Assembly (NCBI GenBank): GCA_023515725.1
Contig: JALDTO010000251.1
Span: forward strand, 744,001-808,000
DNA: 64,000 nucleotides
Reading direction: 5' to 3'
Source of the DNA: Amoeboaphelidium protococcarum X5
Lineage: Eukaryota > Fungi > Aphelidiomycota
Numbering within the stretch: position 1 is the stretch's first letter; every line of letters begins with the position of its first letter. Both the position numbers and the translations under genes were made by a program. Of this stretch, positions 14,068 to 27,040 are shown piece by piece. Under the pieces are notes generated by a model, which ran no database searches, had not been told where the DNA came from, and worked only from the letters and a program-made list of their open reading frames with translations.

Positions 14068-15996
14068 TCAATCAAAAGTTTTGTATACAGAATCTTGATA
14101 CTTGATAATTCGGGGATGATGCATAGATTGCCAAATTTTATCTCTCACCACAGTGTTTGAGTAGCCGATAACATCATCGTAACCTGATAGCAAAAGTCCC
14201 TGTAAGTTTGTACACCGACTAATACCGCAGTACACCTGCCCACACTCGAATGTATTTCGCAGAGAGACGTGCAATGAATCTAAGCTTTTACCTTGAACTT
14301 TGTGAATTGTAGTGGCATACGCTAATCTTAGTGGGAACTGCCGTCTTATCAACGTGCCGTTTATAAACTGACCATTGATACTACATTAAATCGGCTCCTC
14401 TTCAGAAACTTTTTCCAACTTCACAATATTATTACTATGACTACTCTCACATTCACCGCCAAACTATCCACCAAGACATTGAAGTTATACATGGATACAA
14501 TCTGACTATATACTTTTCACTATACCCACTGCACCATTCACGAGGCCTTGATTCACGTTCAAATTTCGAGTTAAAACAATTTTGGCACCTAATCGCAGCC
14601 TAATTTCGGGCAGAAGGCTGAAAGTTAAACCTGATTTCTAAACTTTATTCTAGTCATCATGCCACTTAACAAGCGATCCATCCTACTGACGCAGTTCATG
14701 AAGAGCTTCTAAGCGGCAAATATCACCACTATGTACCGTGTTGTCAGCCAGCATTTTGTTATTCCAGCTGTCGGCTTCAGAATTGAGTGGATAAACATGT
14801 TGTATTTAATGAGGGGAGAATCGTTACTTATCTCTGTGTGCAATAGCCTTGTCAAATTTAATCAAATCGTCCACAAATCTATATCGCTTTAGCTACGATG
14901 TACCATCATCACCCGCGTCCACTACGCTGTGCTATTTAACAAACGGCAAAAGTTCAGCCAATGATTTACATTAGTCACTCGACAGAATATTGAATAAAGG
15001 CATAGACCGCCGCTTCCATAAAGGTGTCTGTAATGCATGCAGTATACTATCAACTACCGGATATATGTCACAATCAATAAGGTTCTCGTATTTAGCTAAG
15101 CGCAAGTAATTTAAAAGTTGATGAAACAACAACTAATCTGTGCGCATATTCTACTGCAGCGTATGAATCCCCAATCTCTTCCACGCCGTAGACTCAAAGC
15201 AGAAGCTTTATTATAACTCTGCAACTTCAGATTTCCCTTATTGAGCTTGTTATTGCAATTCTTGTTGAGTGGACGCGTTGAATTGCATAATCTGGTCCAT
15301 ATCGCCATTCAGAAGCAAATCTCTTGTCTCTTGATCCGCTTCAAATTTAACGGATGAAGTCTGTAGAGGCTGCCTTACAACTGGTGGTAACTATAAAAGA
15401 TCACCAGAAAGTACAACCTGGACACCACCAAAAGGCTTAGTAGACTATCGTTTAACGTATCGCATATAATGATCAAGGATATCTAAAGTGTCTGGATGCA
15501 CCATACCAACCTCGTCCACGATAAGCAGTTTAGTCTCTCTTACCCTCTTCATTACGTGTTTATAAATCTTATTCTGATGGTAGAGATTGCGGGCCACCTG
15601 TCGCAATTCATGAGTTCTCTCAGCGCGAGACTTGTAACATACTGGCAACACCGACAGCTGTGGAGGTATGTTAGCAAAAGCGTGAATTGTTTAGACTCTA
15701 TCTCCCACACATGATCCTTCGCTCTCATTAGGGGGAGACATTAAATTTACAGCGGATATACCAGTAGGACAAATGACGCGACAACCCTCAATGCTTTACA
15801 TACACTTCTTGATCAGCAGCGACTTTCCACTCCCGGCTTGGCCCAGCAGTACTAGCGATTCGCCACGTTAAATTCTTTCGTAGACTGACTTCTACTTGGC
15901 ATTGAATTCAAATACTTATTTAGCAGCATTCTGTCTGATAATATTAGTTTTACTTGATATTGCCCCAGTTTCCCTTTTCAAAACAGCAGCCAACAT
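14068..15996 (-). CDS. PIF1: PIF1-family 5'-3' DNA helicase (divergent)
   Basis: 642-aa frame with GQAGSGKS (motif I), CPTGISA (Ia), IVDEVGM (II), FGGVQVVLSGDLLQLPPV (III), LTRNL..GLVNGAVG, RRQFPLRLAYATTIHKVQGKSLD and GQVYCGISRC. Confidence 0.88.
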
Positions 15997-16699
15997 AATA
16001 TGAGCTACTGTATGCTTTCAGTCACGACCGTGTCTTTTATTGAAACAAAACAGGAAAGAATCGCGCTGAGCATCAGTTGTATCAAGCTTGTTCTCACTAC
16101 AACTGTGACTTGATCAACGCGAGTCTTATAACAGTAAAGTGTTGGTTAATAGAGTTGCTTACTTTAATAAGCTTTGTCGTTTAAAAAAATTAAAAGATAT
16201 GTCATTGTCAGTAACTCTTTAAAACTCTTCATTAATAAAAGATGGCCTTAAATATGACAGGCGACTTTTTCGATGTCTCAAATTTCAAAATTCAATTGGG
16301 TTTTTCAATGTGAATTTATGTCACCTAACCAGGCGTGAAATCAAAGACTCAATCCATTTTTAACCAATGATACCATCGTTAACCATATCATATATCGATT
16401 GAACACAAGTGTCACCAGATGCATGGCATTTATCGAACTTTGACTGGCTTCCCCCTTTATAAGAAAACATTCTTCTGTATATATGAAGATCTATCTATAG
16501 TAGGTTCATTTGACGCCAAACTGAGACCGTTTCTCATTTCAATCTCTTTTCGTTCCTCTGCTTTTGATCTGGCGCGTTTCATTCGTTTTTTGTCTGCATT
16601 TTGTACTGTAATTGGCTTTAAACTCAGGTACAATACATTACATTTATTTTAATTCTGTCTTTATTTTTATTAGTAAAACAACTGAATAAAGAAATATTA

Positions 16700-19000
16700 A
16701 TGTCAACACAAGTATATGAAGGGAAATCTGTGCAATGGGTGAAGAGTACTCTGTAGCAGTTGAAAGACAAGAAGGCTAATCTTGGTTATGACTTACAATC
16801 CGAGATATCTAGTCATCACTCTGAAGTTGTTCAGTTTGTTAGTCTTGTTAATTAGTGCGTTGGAGATCTGGCAGGTATAAAGTCGAGTTTGAATGTTGAT
16901 TTTGGTTCATTGAAACTGGATCGTAGTCAGAGGCTGACATTAGGAGAAGTCTCAGCATCGAACGGCAATCCATCCAGTGATGATCAACACCAGTCTTAGT
17001 TAATGGCCTCTAAACGGAAAGAAAACAAAGAATGTTTCAGTCCTGAAGTGGAGTGGCTTGTTAAGGAGATGGTTGATGAGTTGGATGTTCTGATTGCTCA
17101 CCGGGAATTCAAGGATGCTGTTGACTGTCTAAAGCGCGGTGAGACTGTGTATTAAAATGTTGGATCCAAGTTTATTGAAGATTTTTATGGTGAAGATATG
17201 GTTAGAGATGTACAGTTGGTTCTGAAGAGTAGAAAAGATTTTATTGGTAAGCTGTTATTGAAGCAGATGAATATTGATGCACTTGTCAGATTAGGGCCTG
17301 GATATGCGCATCGAGCTCAAGTACTGTACCTGTAGAACTAGTAGGAATCTATGCACACTAAGCTCCGTATGATATCATTTGAGAATGATGTTGAAGCGTA
17401 TGTTCACGATTAATGTTTTGTGTATTTTACTTTGCTCAGTAGAGTGGTTGGAGAATCTATGCGCCTGTTCGTAAGTTAGTAATCAACTCTTACTATATTT
17501 GGATGGATTCAGGATGAGATTTAATGGTTTTTGAACAAATTCAGATCTTTGGTGTTTAATTAAAAATAACGATAGTAGAGTGATGGAGAATTTCATGATT
17601 TTCGAATGGTATTGAATTGTCTCACATACATTGATGAAGGTGCTTAGATTATGAAAGATGGTGGATTTGATATTGGCGCAATATTTCTTCGCTAGACAGA
17701 TGTGTATGGTTTGAAGCAAGATGTTTAACAGCTTTTAGAAGTATATTCTGGAGCCAAATAAGCATAATTGTCTGCCAAGCTGGCTGAAGATGACTTTAAT
17801 CAGTTAGTGGGAGTATCCGAGATGAATGTTGAGATATTGAGTACTTCCGAGTAAGGAGGCATTTCTTAACACGAGAAAAGCAAGTTGGTCGGTGCTGCAG
17901 TTATTTCGTCCGCCTAAAGCTTTATGAGGGCTCTTGTTGAGGCAATATTTATTGATTTTTGCCCGTTTATAAGTGATGAGTAGTCTGGAATAATCTTTGG
18001 TGGAATGTATTTTAAGGAGGTTACCGATCAGTTGCAGTAGATGATAGATCACTATTCTAGATAATTGATGGATTCTCTTAAGGATCGATTTGTTACTTTC
18101 AAGCAGAGACTTAATATACTGATTAGTATGCAGTATTTGTACAGACATCTGTTTCCGCTACTGCATAAAGTGCTGTCCAAGTAGTGCAGTGTGTTATCGA
18201 CTGAAGTTAATCGCGTTCTTGGTGTAAAAGCATCTCCATTGTCGCATTAAGAATCTTACATTTCTCTTGGATTTAACAGAGAAATTTATAAATTTGTAAA
18301 AACTCAAGATAAACTGCTGGCAATGTGTGAGATTGCCACAGACTTGACTTGCAGTCTGTATGAACGTGAATTAGTGAAATCAACTTGGTGTTTTGGTGTC
18401 GGCTGTCTCGGTGGTCTCGGTGACAGTGTTAATCCATCTGCTATTTGTATGAGCTACGCTGGTGACGCATATCCTGTAATAGAGTAACTGATTCCCAATG
18501 ATTAGATGATAAGATTGGTGAAAACATTACAGGCAGCTGATGATGAGATTGAGAGTGTAATTGGTTAGTTCAATGTCGCCAAGTCTGCCTTCGATACGGT
18601 GTGCTTTATCGATAAGATGTTTCTAATGACTGCAATTTTGACAATTTTGGTGAATGATCTCAGTGACGATAGGAATTGGGTAAAAGAGAATGGTCAGAGT
18701 AGAGACATTGGATACACTGGTCTGCATCAGCTGCTGTTGGATATCCACTTCTTTACTAAGCTCTGTGACAACTACCTCACCGAGGGAATGATTAAATAGT
18801 GCACCGATGTCTGTTCGCGAGCTGTAAAGATTTACCTGAAGAACTGTAGCGATGCCGAGCGTAAGAGAGTCCTCAAAGCCAGCGACTGGTATGACAAGCG
18901 CTTTGCTGAAGTTGTAGGCAAGGAGAAACTTCGTAAAGTGGGTTCCGTCCCAGCTAAATCTGCTAATGTGGACGGCAAAGCAGCGAAAGATCGAAAGTGA
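16700..19000 (+). CDS. EXO84: Exocyst subunit Exo84-like
   Basis: 766-aa frame; EWLVKEMVDELDVLIAHREFKDAV matches the start of the Exo84 helical region; the C-terminal GYTGLHQLLLDIHFF...DWYDKR resembles Exo84 C-termini of plants and early-diverging fungi. Confidence 0.72.
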
Positions 19001-19052
19001 CTAGGCTGATACACAATAATATTACTTCGATTTTTATAATTTACAGGTGAAT

Positions 19053-19734
19053 TCATTTTTATTGCTGACGTTTCTATGTATTATTAGTCTTGTTCTTATT
19101 CTTCTTGGCCTTCAGGTGCAAGATCTGATTAAAATCTGTGATCAACTCTTCTTCATCAGACGATAGAGGACTGTCAAGGAGATTCTCATGCTAACGCAAT
19201 TCCACCTCACCACGCCTGACGTTGATTGTGATACGTTTAGCAATATTGTCGCGTTCGACATCAGCGTGAGGATTATCGCGACTCTTCAAAATAGAGTGAG
19301 GCCGGGCACCAAAACTTGAAGCAGATTCTCCAGAATCAGATTAGTTGCCACCAAAAGAGTCTACCGCAGACGTAGATAGGAAAGAAGAGGACTGTGACGA
19401 AGAGGAACTGTTAGATGCATAAGACTCTTGCCGTTTATATCCATCGTCATTAACGCCTTCTCCATGGCCGCGACAGGACTTTTTAAGAGACTTTTTTGAG
19501 GGAAGGACGATGACGTGATTCTTGGCGAGGTTAAATTGAACAATCTACACACACATATAACTTGAATACATTACATGATACAACAATATTATACAAAATA
19601 AAACTTACAGGATGATGATGTTAATTATGATAATGACCATGATATTCATGGAAATGATGCGTGTGGTGATGTTGATGATGAGTGTTATGCTTGTGATATG
19701 ATACAGGACTTTCAACAGAAGTAGAGCCAGTCAT
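19053..19734 (-). CDS. Hypothetical 205-aa protein with His-rich N-terminus; 1 intron (19545-19608)
   Basis: ATG 19734 is preceded by an in-frame TGA; the GTAAGT...TGTAG 64-nt intron joins exons of 126 and 492 nt in frame; ends at TGA 19053-19055. Confidence 0.65.
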
Positions 19735-20707
19735 GATTCAGAAGTTGTAGATAATTCCAAAAAATGTCAGAGAGAGAGTGGTAGAAGTAGATAGTATTCA
19801 GATAAAGCAGGCTTCCAGTTGATGACGTAGAATATGGAGTCGGAGATTTCTTCTACACAAACACAATATACACACACACGGATTATGTAGAGACGGAAGT
19901 TGGTCGAATCACTGCGAATAAAACAATTTCGGTGGCGCATGTCTTGTGACTGAACGCTAAGCCGCGGCCGCTGATCACACGCACCTCACTGATCCCCTGA
20001 GGGAAAGATGATGCGACTGTCACACGGCTTGGCTTGTTTCAGCATGGCGCGCGTCTAGGCGCCACTACTATTGTTTTATCCACAATCATTTATAATCTTA
20101 CCTCTTTTATTTATCTATAATTACGAGGAGAGGAGGATGCAATTTCTTCAAAATTACTGTGGGAAGAGGATTGGATTTATTTATCCGAGCTATTGTTGTT
20201 GTCAGGAAGACGCGAGAGAAATCGATTCCATCAACAACTGGCAATGTCGAGCATCGTGATTCGCGCATCGATATGCCTAAATGCTGCGAATAGTAACGCA
20301 GATCTGGTTGTACACAATATTGCTGATTGGAGCGCTGGGTAGTACGAACCTCACACATATAAGAATGACCGATTTGTGTAATCGAGAATCGCTGAGATTT
20401 GTTTCAAGTGTTTAGCCATCCGTATTGCATTAAGCGCGTACTTTACAATACATCAAATGCGTATGTGCTGTGTTATATTTCATATGCTGATTTCACTACA
20501 GAGACTACTAAAGCTATGTTTATGAATTAATTGTTTTCGAATTATACCACGTATACTTTGCATTAATTTGAATGCCGTTTGCATCAAAGCTATCGGTCTG
20601 ATGCATCGTAGCAACAGCAATGTGAATGGAAAATAGCCATATCGGATCTAACACAACAAAAAACTAACTTCTCTCAGTAATAACTGATTAATTGATTTTT
20701 TGTGACC

Positions 20708-23700
20708 ATGTAAAGTACAATAGACAAAATAAAATAGATATTACATCTATCGGTCAAGAAGGATTAACTTGACACGTTTAGAACAGTTGTAGTCAATAAG
20801 ATAGACCCTCTAGTAGTGCCACAGTCATACCCATCAAACTCTGTATCAACATCTAAGTATACAGTGTACAGCTTCTTGCTGAAATTCTTGTATGAACAAT
20901 TCTCAAAGTATGCCAACTTGTTCTTTCTATTTACTGCATGTATTCAGGTAAGATTAAATCTACTTATGTCAGTTTTTAATTATTGCTATGGCATTACTAA
21001 TGTGTAGTAAATCGATGGAGTCTCGCCCACTTCCAGGTACACCACTATTGTACCGTTACTGTTTGTGTTGGTTGCCTCTGCGGCCAAGGAGATGGTGGAA
21101 GATTTCAAACGGCACAAGAGTGATGAGGAGGTGAACAATCGCATGTGCCACAAACTGTAGAGTGGATCTTTTGTGCAGGTGCTATGGAAAGATCTGCAGG
21201 TTGGTGATATCATCAAGGTGACTAATGAAAATTACTTTCCAGCTGATTTGGTGCTCCTCAGTTCAAGTGAACCAGAAGGACTATGCTATATAGAGACCAG
21301 CAGTTTGGACGGCGAGACAAATCTCAAAATCAAGCAGAGTCGATAAGAGACTTGTCACATTTTGACTGCAGAACTTGCTCAGGGATTTTAGGCTGAATTG
21401 AGTACAGAATTACCCAACAGTAGTCTGTACACTTTTGATGGTACACTGATCATGTCTAATGGTGGCCAGTAGAAGATACCGCTTGACCCATCCCAGATAT
21501 TGTTACGTGGTGCCATGTTACGGAACACGGCTTGGGTCTATGGCGTTGTAGTCTTCACCGGGCATGATTGTAAATTGATGTAGAATTCCACCGCGGCACC
21601 TATTAAACAGAGTAGAGTGGAGAAGATGACCAATCGTTAGATCGTTATGCTGTTCATTATACTGCTTCTGATGTCTGTCTGTAGTGCTGCTGGATAGCTG
21701 GCCTACCTATAAGCTGATCAGTTTAGCTACCTATACCCAGACGGCCTTAGTAATAGTCAAGTTGCTGCCAATTTCTTTCTGAACATCCTGACTTTTATTA
21801 TCCTGTATAATAATTTGATTCCGATCAGTTTGATAGTCACCATGGAAGTGGTAAAATTAGTATAGTCGCGCTTAATTGGCAATGATCTGGACATTTATAA
21901 TCCCAAAAACGATACGCCAACTGTTGTGCGTACGAGCTCACTGGTTGAAGAACTGGGATAGGTCGATTACATCTTTAGTGATAAGACTGGAACACTGACT
22001 TGTAATGAGATGGAATTTTTGAATTGTACAGTGGCGGGCACGCGGTACGATTTGCAGAAAGGTGTCAATAAGACATTTGCCGACCTGTCATAGATGGCGC
22101 TGACAAATGAAGGATCCGCAGGGTAAGCGTGTGACATGTTTCTCACCATCCTCTCCGTGTGTCATACTGTTATTCCAGAGATGGTGAAGCCTAAAGATGG
22201 GTCTTCCGAATAGCCCGAGATCAAGTACCAGTCTTCCTCTCCTGATGAGGCTGCTCTTGTTGATGGTGCGGCTGGAATGAGCTATGTGTTCAAGCAAAGG
22301 CGTCCAAGTTCACTTGTAATTGAGAAGGGTGGAAAGGAGGTGGAGTATCAGGTGTTAAATATTTGCGAATTCAATTCCACGCGTAAAAGAATGTCTGCTG
22401 TTGTTAAATTTCCAGATGGTAGGATTGTGCTACTGATCAAAGGTGCAGATACAGTCATTTTTGAGCGTTTATCTAAAGCTAGTGACAACGTGAATCCCTA
22501 TTTTGAAAGTGTCAATAAAGAGTTGGAAGTTTTTGCCTTGGAAGGATTGCGGACATTGTGCTTTGCGTATCGCGAAATTTCTGAGCAGGAGTACGATAGC
22601 TGGGTCAAAGTTTTCAATGATGCGGCTACTTGCTTGACTGATAGATCGTAAAAGTTGGATGAAGCTGCTGAGCTTATTGAGAAAGACTTAATTCTGGTTG
22701 GTGCGTCAGCGATAGAGGATAAACTGTAATAAGGTGTACCCGATACAATTCATACACTGGCTGATGCAGGCATTAAAATCTGGGTTCTTACTGGAGATAG
22801 ACAAGAGACGGCCATTAACATTGGGTACAGTTGCAAATTATTAACTCAAGCAATGTCATTAGTCATCATTGAAGGCGAGGACGAGAAAGAAGTTTACCTG
22901 TCCATCTGCAAGAAGTTGGAGGTCATCAAGGATTGTATGAAAAAATATAAATTTCCTTTGCCTGAAGGAAGGTATGATCCGGCTTTGAGTAAGCAGTCAA
23001 AGGGATCTAATAAGTTTCTGGATTACGCTCGAGATCTATTTTACTCACTTAGTGGTGCCAAGAAGACTGCATACAGTAAAGCTACGGATAGCCAAAGTAA
23101 TTTTGTGATGGTTGATTTAGGCACTGGTGGCAATGATGATTTACAATTAGTACATGATGAGTAGAATGCACCGATTCTTGCACTGGTGATTGATGGTAAA
23201 ACTCTTAAACACGCTTTGTAGCCTAATATTGCGCTGCTGTTCTTGTAACTCGCCACCCTGTGCAAGTCTGTAATATGTTGTCGCGTCAGTCCTCTTCAGA
23301 AAGCCTTGGTCGTAAAGCTGGTTAAAGATAATATGGACGCAGTGACGTTGGCTATCGGAGATGGTGCGAATGACGTTAGTATGATTCAAAGTGCTCACAT
23401 TGGTGTAGGTATCAGTGGAAATGAAGGTCTACAAGCAGCTAGATCATCTGATATAGCCATCAGTTAATTCAAGTATTTGCAGAAACTAGTCTTGGTACAT
23501 GGAGCTTGGAGTTATGCTCGTCTGAGTAAGTTGATCTTGTTCTCGTTCTACAAGAACATTACTCTGTACATGACATAGCTTTGGTTTGCTTTCTATAATG
23601 GGTTCTCAGGCTAGACCATTTATGAGTCTTGGACCATATCTCTGTACAATGTGATATTTACTGTGCTGCCACCTCTTTTCATTGGTGTGTTTGATCAGTA

Positions 23701-24418
23701 TCTATCTGCCAGAGTACTTGGAGAGTACCCACAGTTGTACAAAAGTTATCAAAAGAAGGAGTTTTTCAATCTGCATGTATTTTGGGGATGGGTTATGAAT
23801 GCAATCTACCACTCCCTACTTTTATACTTCATAACATACATTGGTATAACGGGAGGTGGATTCGCGTTAGGCGATGGTTCTTATTAAGGCGCAATGTCCG
23901 GCATGTGGTTGGATGGAACACTGTTGTATAGTTGTGTGTTAATGACTGTTCTGCTTAAAGCTGCATACACGTTAGCCACATGGAACAAGTACACCACACT
24001 GGCTATTGTCGGATCTTTTGTGTCATGGATAGTGTTCCTACCAATCTATTCCATCGCTGCACCAGCCAATAATCTGTCGATGGAGTTGAATGGAATCACG
24101 CCGCCTCTATATGGAAGTGGCGTATTCTGGTTCAGTCTGATTCTAGTACCATGTATCTGCATACTGAGAGACGTAATCTGGAAGTATGCCAAGAGAATGG
24201 CCCTATTCAAAGATTATCATATCGTGCAGGAGATTCAGAGATACGGCACGGTGGATCACAGTCCACAGTCGAATAATTTCAAGCGCGCGGTGAAACGGCT
24301 GCAGAAGATCTAAAAGTTTCACAATCGCGGCTATGCCTTCAGCTAGAATGAGAGTGGCATGGCGGACATTGTGAAAAAGTATGACACTCTGACTCTAAGT
24401 AGGCCATCAGGAAATTGA
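20708..24418 (+). CDS. DRS2: P4-type ATPase phospholipid flippase (Drs2/ATP8A); 1 intron (20948-21007)
   Basis: [24 protein letters not shown] (across the intron), [53 protein letters not shown] and the C-terminal GYAFSQ regulatory motif. Confidence 0.95.
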
Positions 24419-24579
24419 CACCGTATCTGTAGTAATAAAAGTAGAATTTTAGATTATTATAACGAATTCTGCAATATTAGAATGGTTGACAAAAGTTATC
24501 ATTATCGTTTTAGTCACTTCAGTCGTTGTGAATCTTGCTAGCGAGCAACTGTAAGAGTCAAAAGTCAACTGACTAAAAA

Positions 24580-24599
24580 GAGAGAGAGAGAGAGAGAGA
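24580..24599. repeat. (GA)n microsatellite upstream of epsin
   Basis: Run of GA dinucleotides; similar GA/CT tracts occur near 19770, 47570-47600 and 53545. Confidence 0.7.
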
Positions 24600-24797
24600 A
24601 ACCAAAGTTGTTTCGCCCCGTTTCGAATGATCCAAACAATTGACGATTGTTCTTTCAATTTCTCATTTCAATCAATTATCACTATAGGAATTTCCATTAC
24701 TTTTGCGATAACAACATTATCGTGATCTCATTATTATTATAGTTGTTTAATAAAGCTTCTTTTATAAAACCTTGATACATTGAAAGAATTGGTAAAG

Positions 24798-26681
24798 ATG
24801 GATTAGATTGCTAGAAGTACAATGAGATAGGCCAAAAACTTCACTAAGGGCTACTCTGATGTCCAGGTAAAAGTTAGAGAGGCTACCAGTAATGATCCGT
24901 GGGGTCCTAGTGGCACATAGATGGGCGAAATCGCTGATTGCACATATCGCACCCAAGATTTCATGGAAATTATGGATATCTTGGATAAGCGTTTGAATGA
25001 TTCTGGCAAGAACTGGCGACATGTGTTCAAAGCTCTGACTCTGCTTGACTACTTGTTACATTGTGGAAGTGAGCAGGTTATCGCCTATGCCAAGTAGAAT
25101 CTGTATGTGATAAAGACATTGAAAGAATTCCAATTTGTTGATGATGAAGGCAAGGATCAAGGTGCCAATGTCAGAGAGAAGAGTAAATAGATTGCCTCCC
25201 TTCTGGCCGATGATGACCGCCTGCGTGATGAGAGAAAGAGCAGAGCGGCGCTGAGATAGAAATTGGGCCAGCCTGGAATTGGCAATGGTGGATCTGTATC
25301 TGGAACATACAACAGCAGTTCTAGATTTGATGGTGGCCGCCATGAAAGAAGTGCTTCCTATGAACCCCGCTCCGAGTATGAAGAAGAGAGGTAGGTGGAG
25401 AAGGCTCTGGAGGAGAGCAGGCGTCTCGAAGATGAGAGGAGATAGAAGGAGAAGGAGCGTGAAGAGGCTGAGCTCAGGAAGGCTTTAGAATTGTCCAAGT
25501 CTGAGGCTGCTAGTGGTGGGAGAAGTAATGCCGTGGGCGGTTCTTCCTCCTAGTAGTAAATTTCGACTTAATAGTAGTAGCAATAGCGCTAACAGCAAGT
25601 GTAGCCTCAGCAATCATAATAGCAAGGTATGATTGATTTGTGGGGAGATGCGAATGTTGACCAGAATAAGAATGATTTGGATTTCTTTGGCTCTATGGCT
25701 TAGACTCAGCCGGTGTAACAAAGCCAGCCAGATCCATTTGGATTTAGCCCTGGTAAGATGCCTATGAATTAGTCAGGATCTATGGGAGGATAGTAGTCTT
25801 AGTATGATATGTATGGGAACCAGGCTCATCACTATCCTCAAGGTGGAAACGGGAGTGTTTATGGGTAACCATTGTAACAGTCTTCGGCTTTGGTCCCGTA
25901 GTAGTAATAACAATTACAAGTTGGAGGTGCAACAGACTTTTTTGACTCCGCATTTGATGGCGGTGCTGGATAGAAGAATCTTGTGCCCAAGTATGTGCAG
26001 GGCTAGTAGAATATGAACCCGAATGCTGCACTTGCGCACATTGCTCGAAATGCCACTCAGATTGATCCTTTTGCTAATTTGGCTGCCAACTCTTCTTCTG
26101 GTGCTGCCAAAAGTGGCAGTGCAAGTAATTTTAAGAATAGTTCGAATGATTTGAGTCTATTTGGTGCTGGTGGAAGTTCCGGCGGTAGCGCTCCTCCTTC
26201 TCAGCAAAATCAATAGGCAATGCAATTGTATGGCGGTGGAAATAGTATGAATAATTAGATGCAACCTTACTCTGGTGGTAACAATAATTTTCAGCAGCCT
26301 TAGTAGCAATAGTAGTAGAACTACAATCGCCCGCCAATGTTTAATGGCAGCGGATATTCTGGTGGTAACATGATGATGTAATAGTAGCCATAGTAAATGT
26401 ACTAACAGCCACAAAGCTAATACGCTTACGGAGCACCTGCGCCTGGATATTAATAGCCTAATCCGTTTGGATTTATGCCTCAACAGCAACCTTACGGTGG
26501 ATCTGGTTTTGGAGCTGGAAATGCCGGTGGATTTGGCGGACAATAGTACGGATAACAGTAGTAGTTACCGCCGGTGCAAGGTCAAGGCTTTACTGCTCAG
26601 TAAATTTCTAATCAACAGCAGCAGTAGTAGAAGAATAACGCGAACGACCCGTTTGCTAATCTGGTGTCTTTTGGTAAATGA
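24798..26681 (+). CDS. ENT1: Epsin (ENTH domain, two UIMs, DPF/NPF motifs, Gln-rich tail)
   Basis: KNFTKGYSDVQVKVREATSNDPWGPSG...KNWRHVFKALTLLDYLLHCGSE; UIM-like EEAELRKALELSK; DPF/NPF motifs; 627 aa to TGA. Confidence 0.92.
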
Positions 26682-27040
26682 GAGAAAATATGTTGTATGT
26701 GAGTGTGTGTGTGTGAAGAATTATAATTTTTGTTGTTGTGTTAAACTTTTAGATAGTATTTTTCGGTTTGTAATACAGCTTGGCATTTTATGGTAGGATC
26801 GCAATAGTGCACACTAAATCCAGCCTGTGACCAAGTCAGGCGAGCAAATTAGGTGATGCAGATTGGACGCGACGTCTGGTGCTACCCAAGCTTCCCGCTA
26901 AGCCAATGAACACAAGACTCAATGTGCCTGCTTTTAGCTTTGATATTGTTGTTTGGGATTTGTAACTCTATTCACCCCAAATATCAAAGATCACATTATA
27001 TCAACTGTTTGCGCATACCTCTACTACCTGATCTAATAAT

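Noticed and set aside
14068-15996. Helitron transposon
   Set aside because: No HUH Rep domain or Helitron termini were seen, and the gene is tightly flanked by ordinary genes.
19880-20070. GC-rich intergenic patch as a possible snoRNA or other ncRNA
   Set aside because: Box C/D-like words are present, but I could not establish a convincing terminal stem or guide sequence by eye.
20001-20525. TGA-free plus-strand frame of about 175 codons between the His-rich gene and DRS2
   Set aside because: No early ATG and no recognisable motif; with only one stop codon, frames this long can arise by chance.
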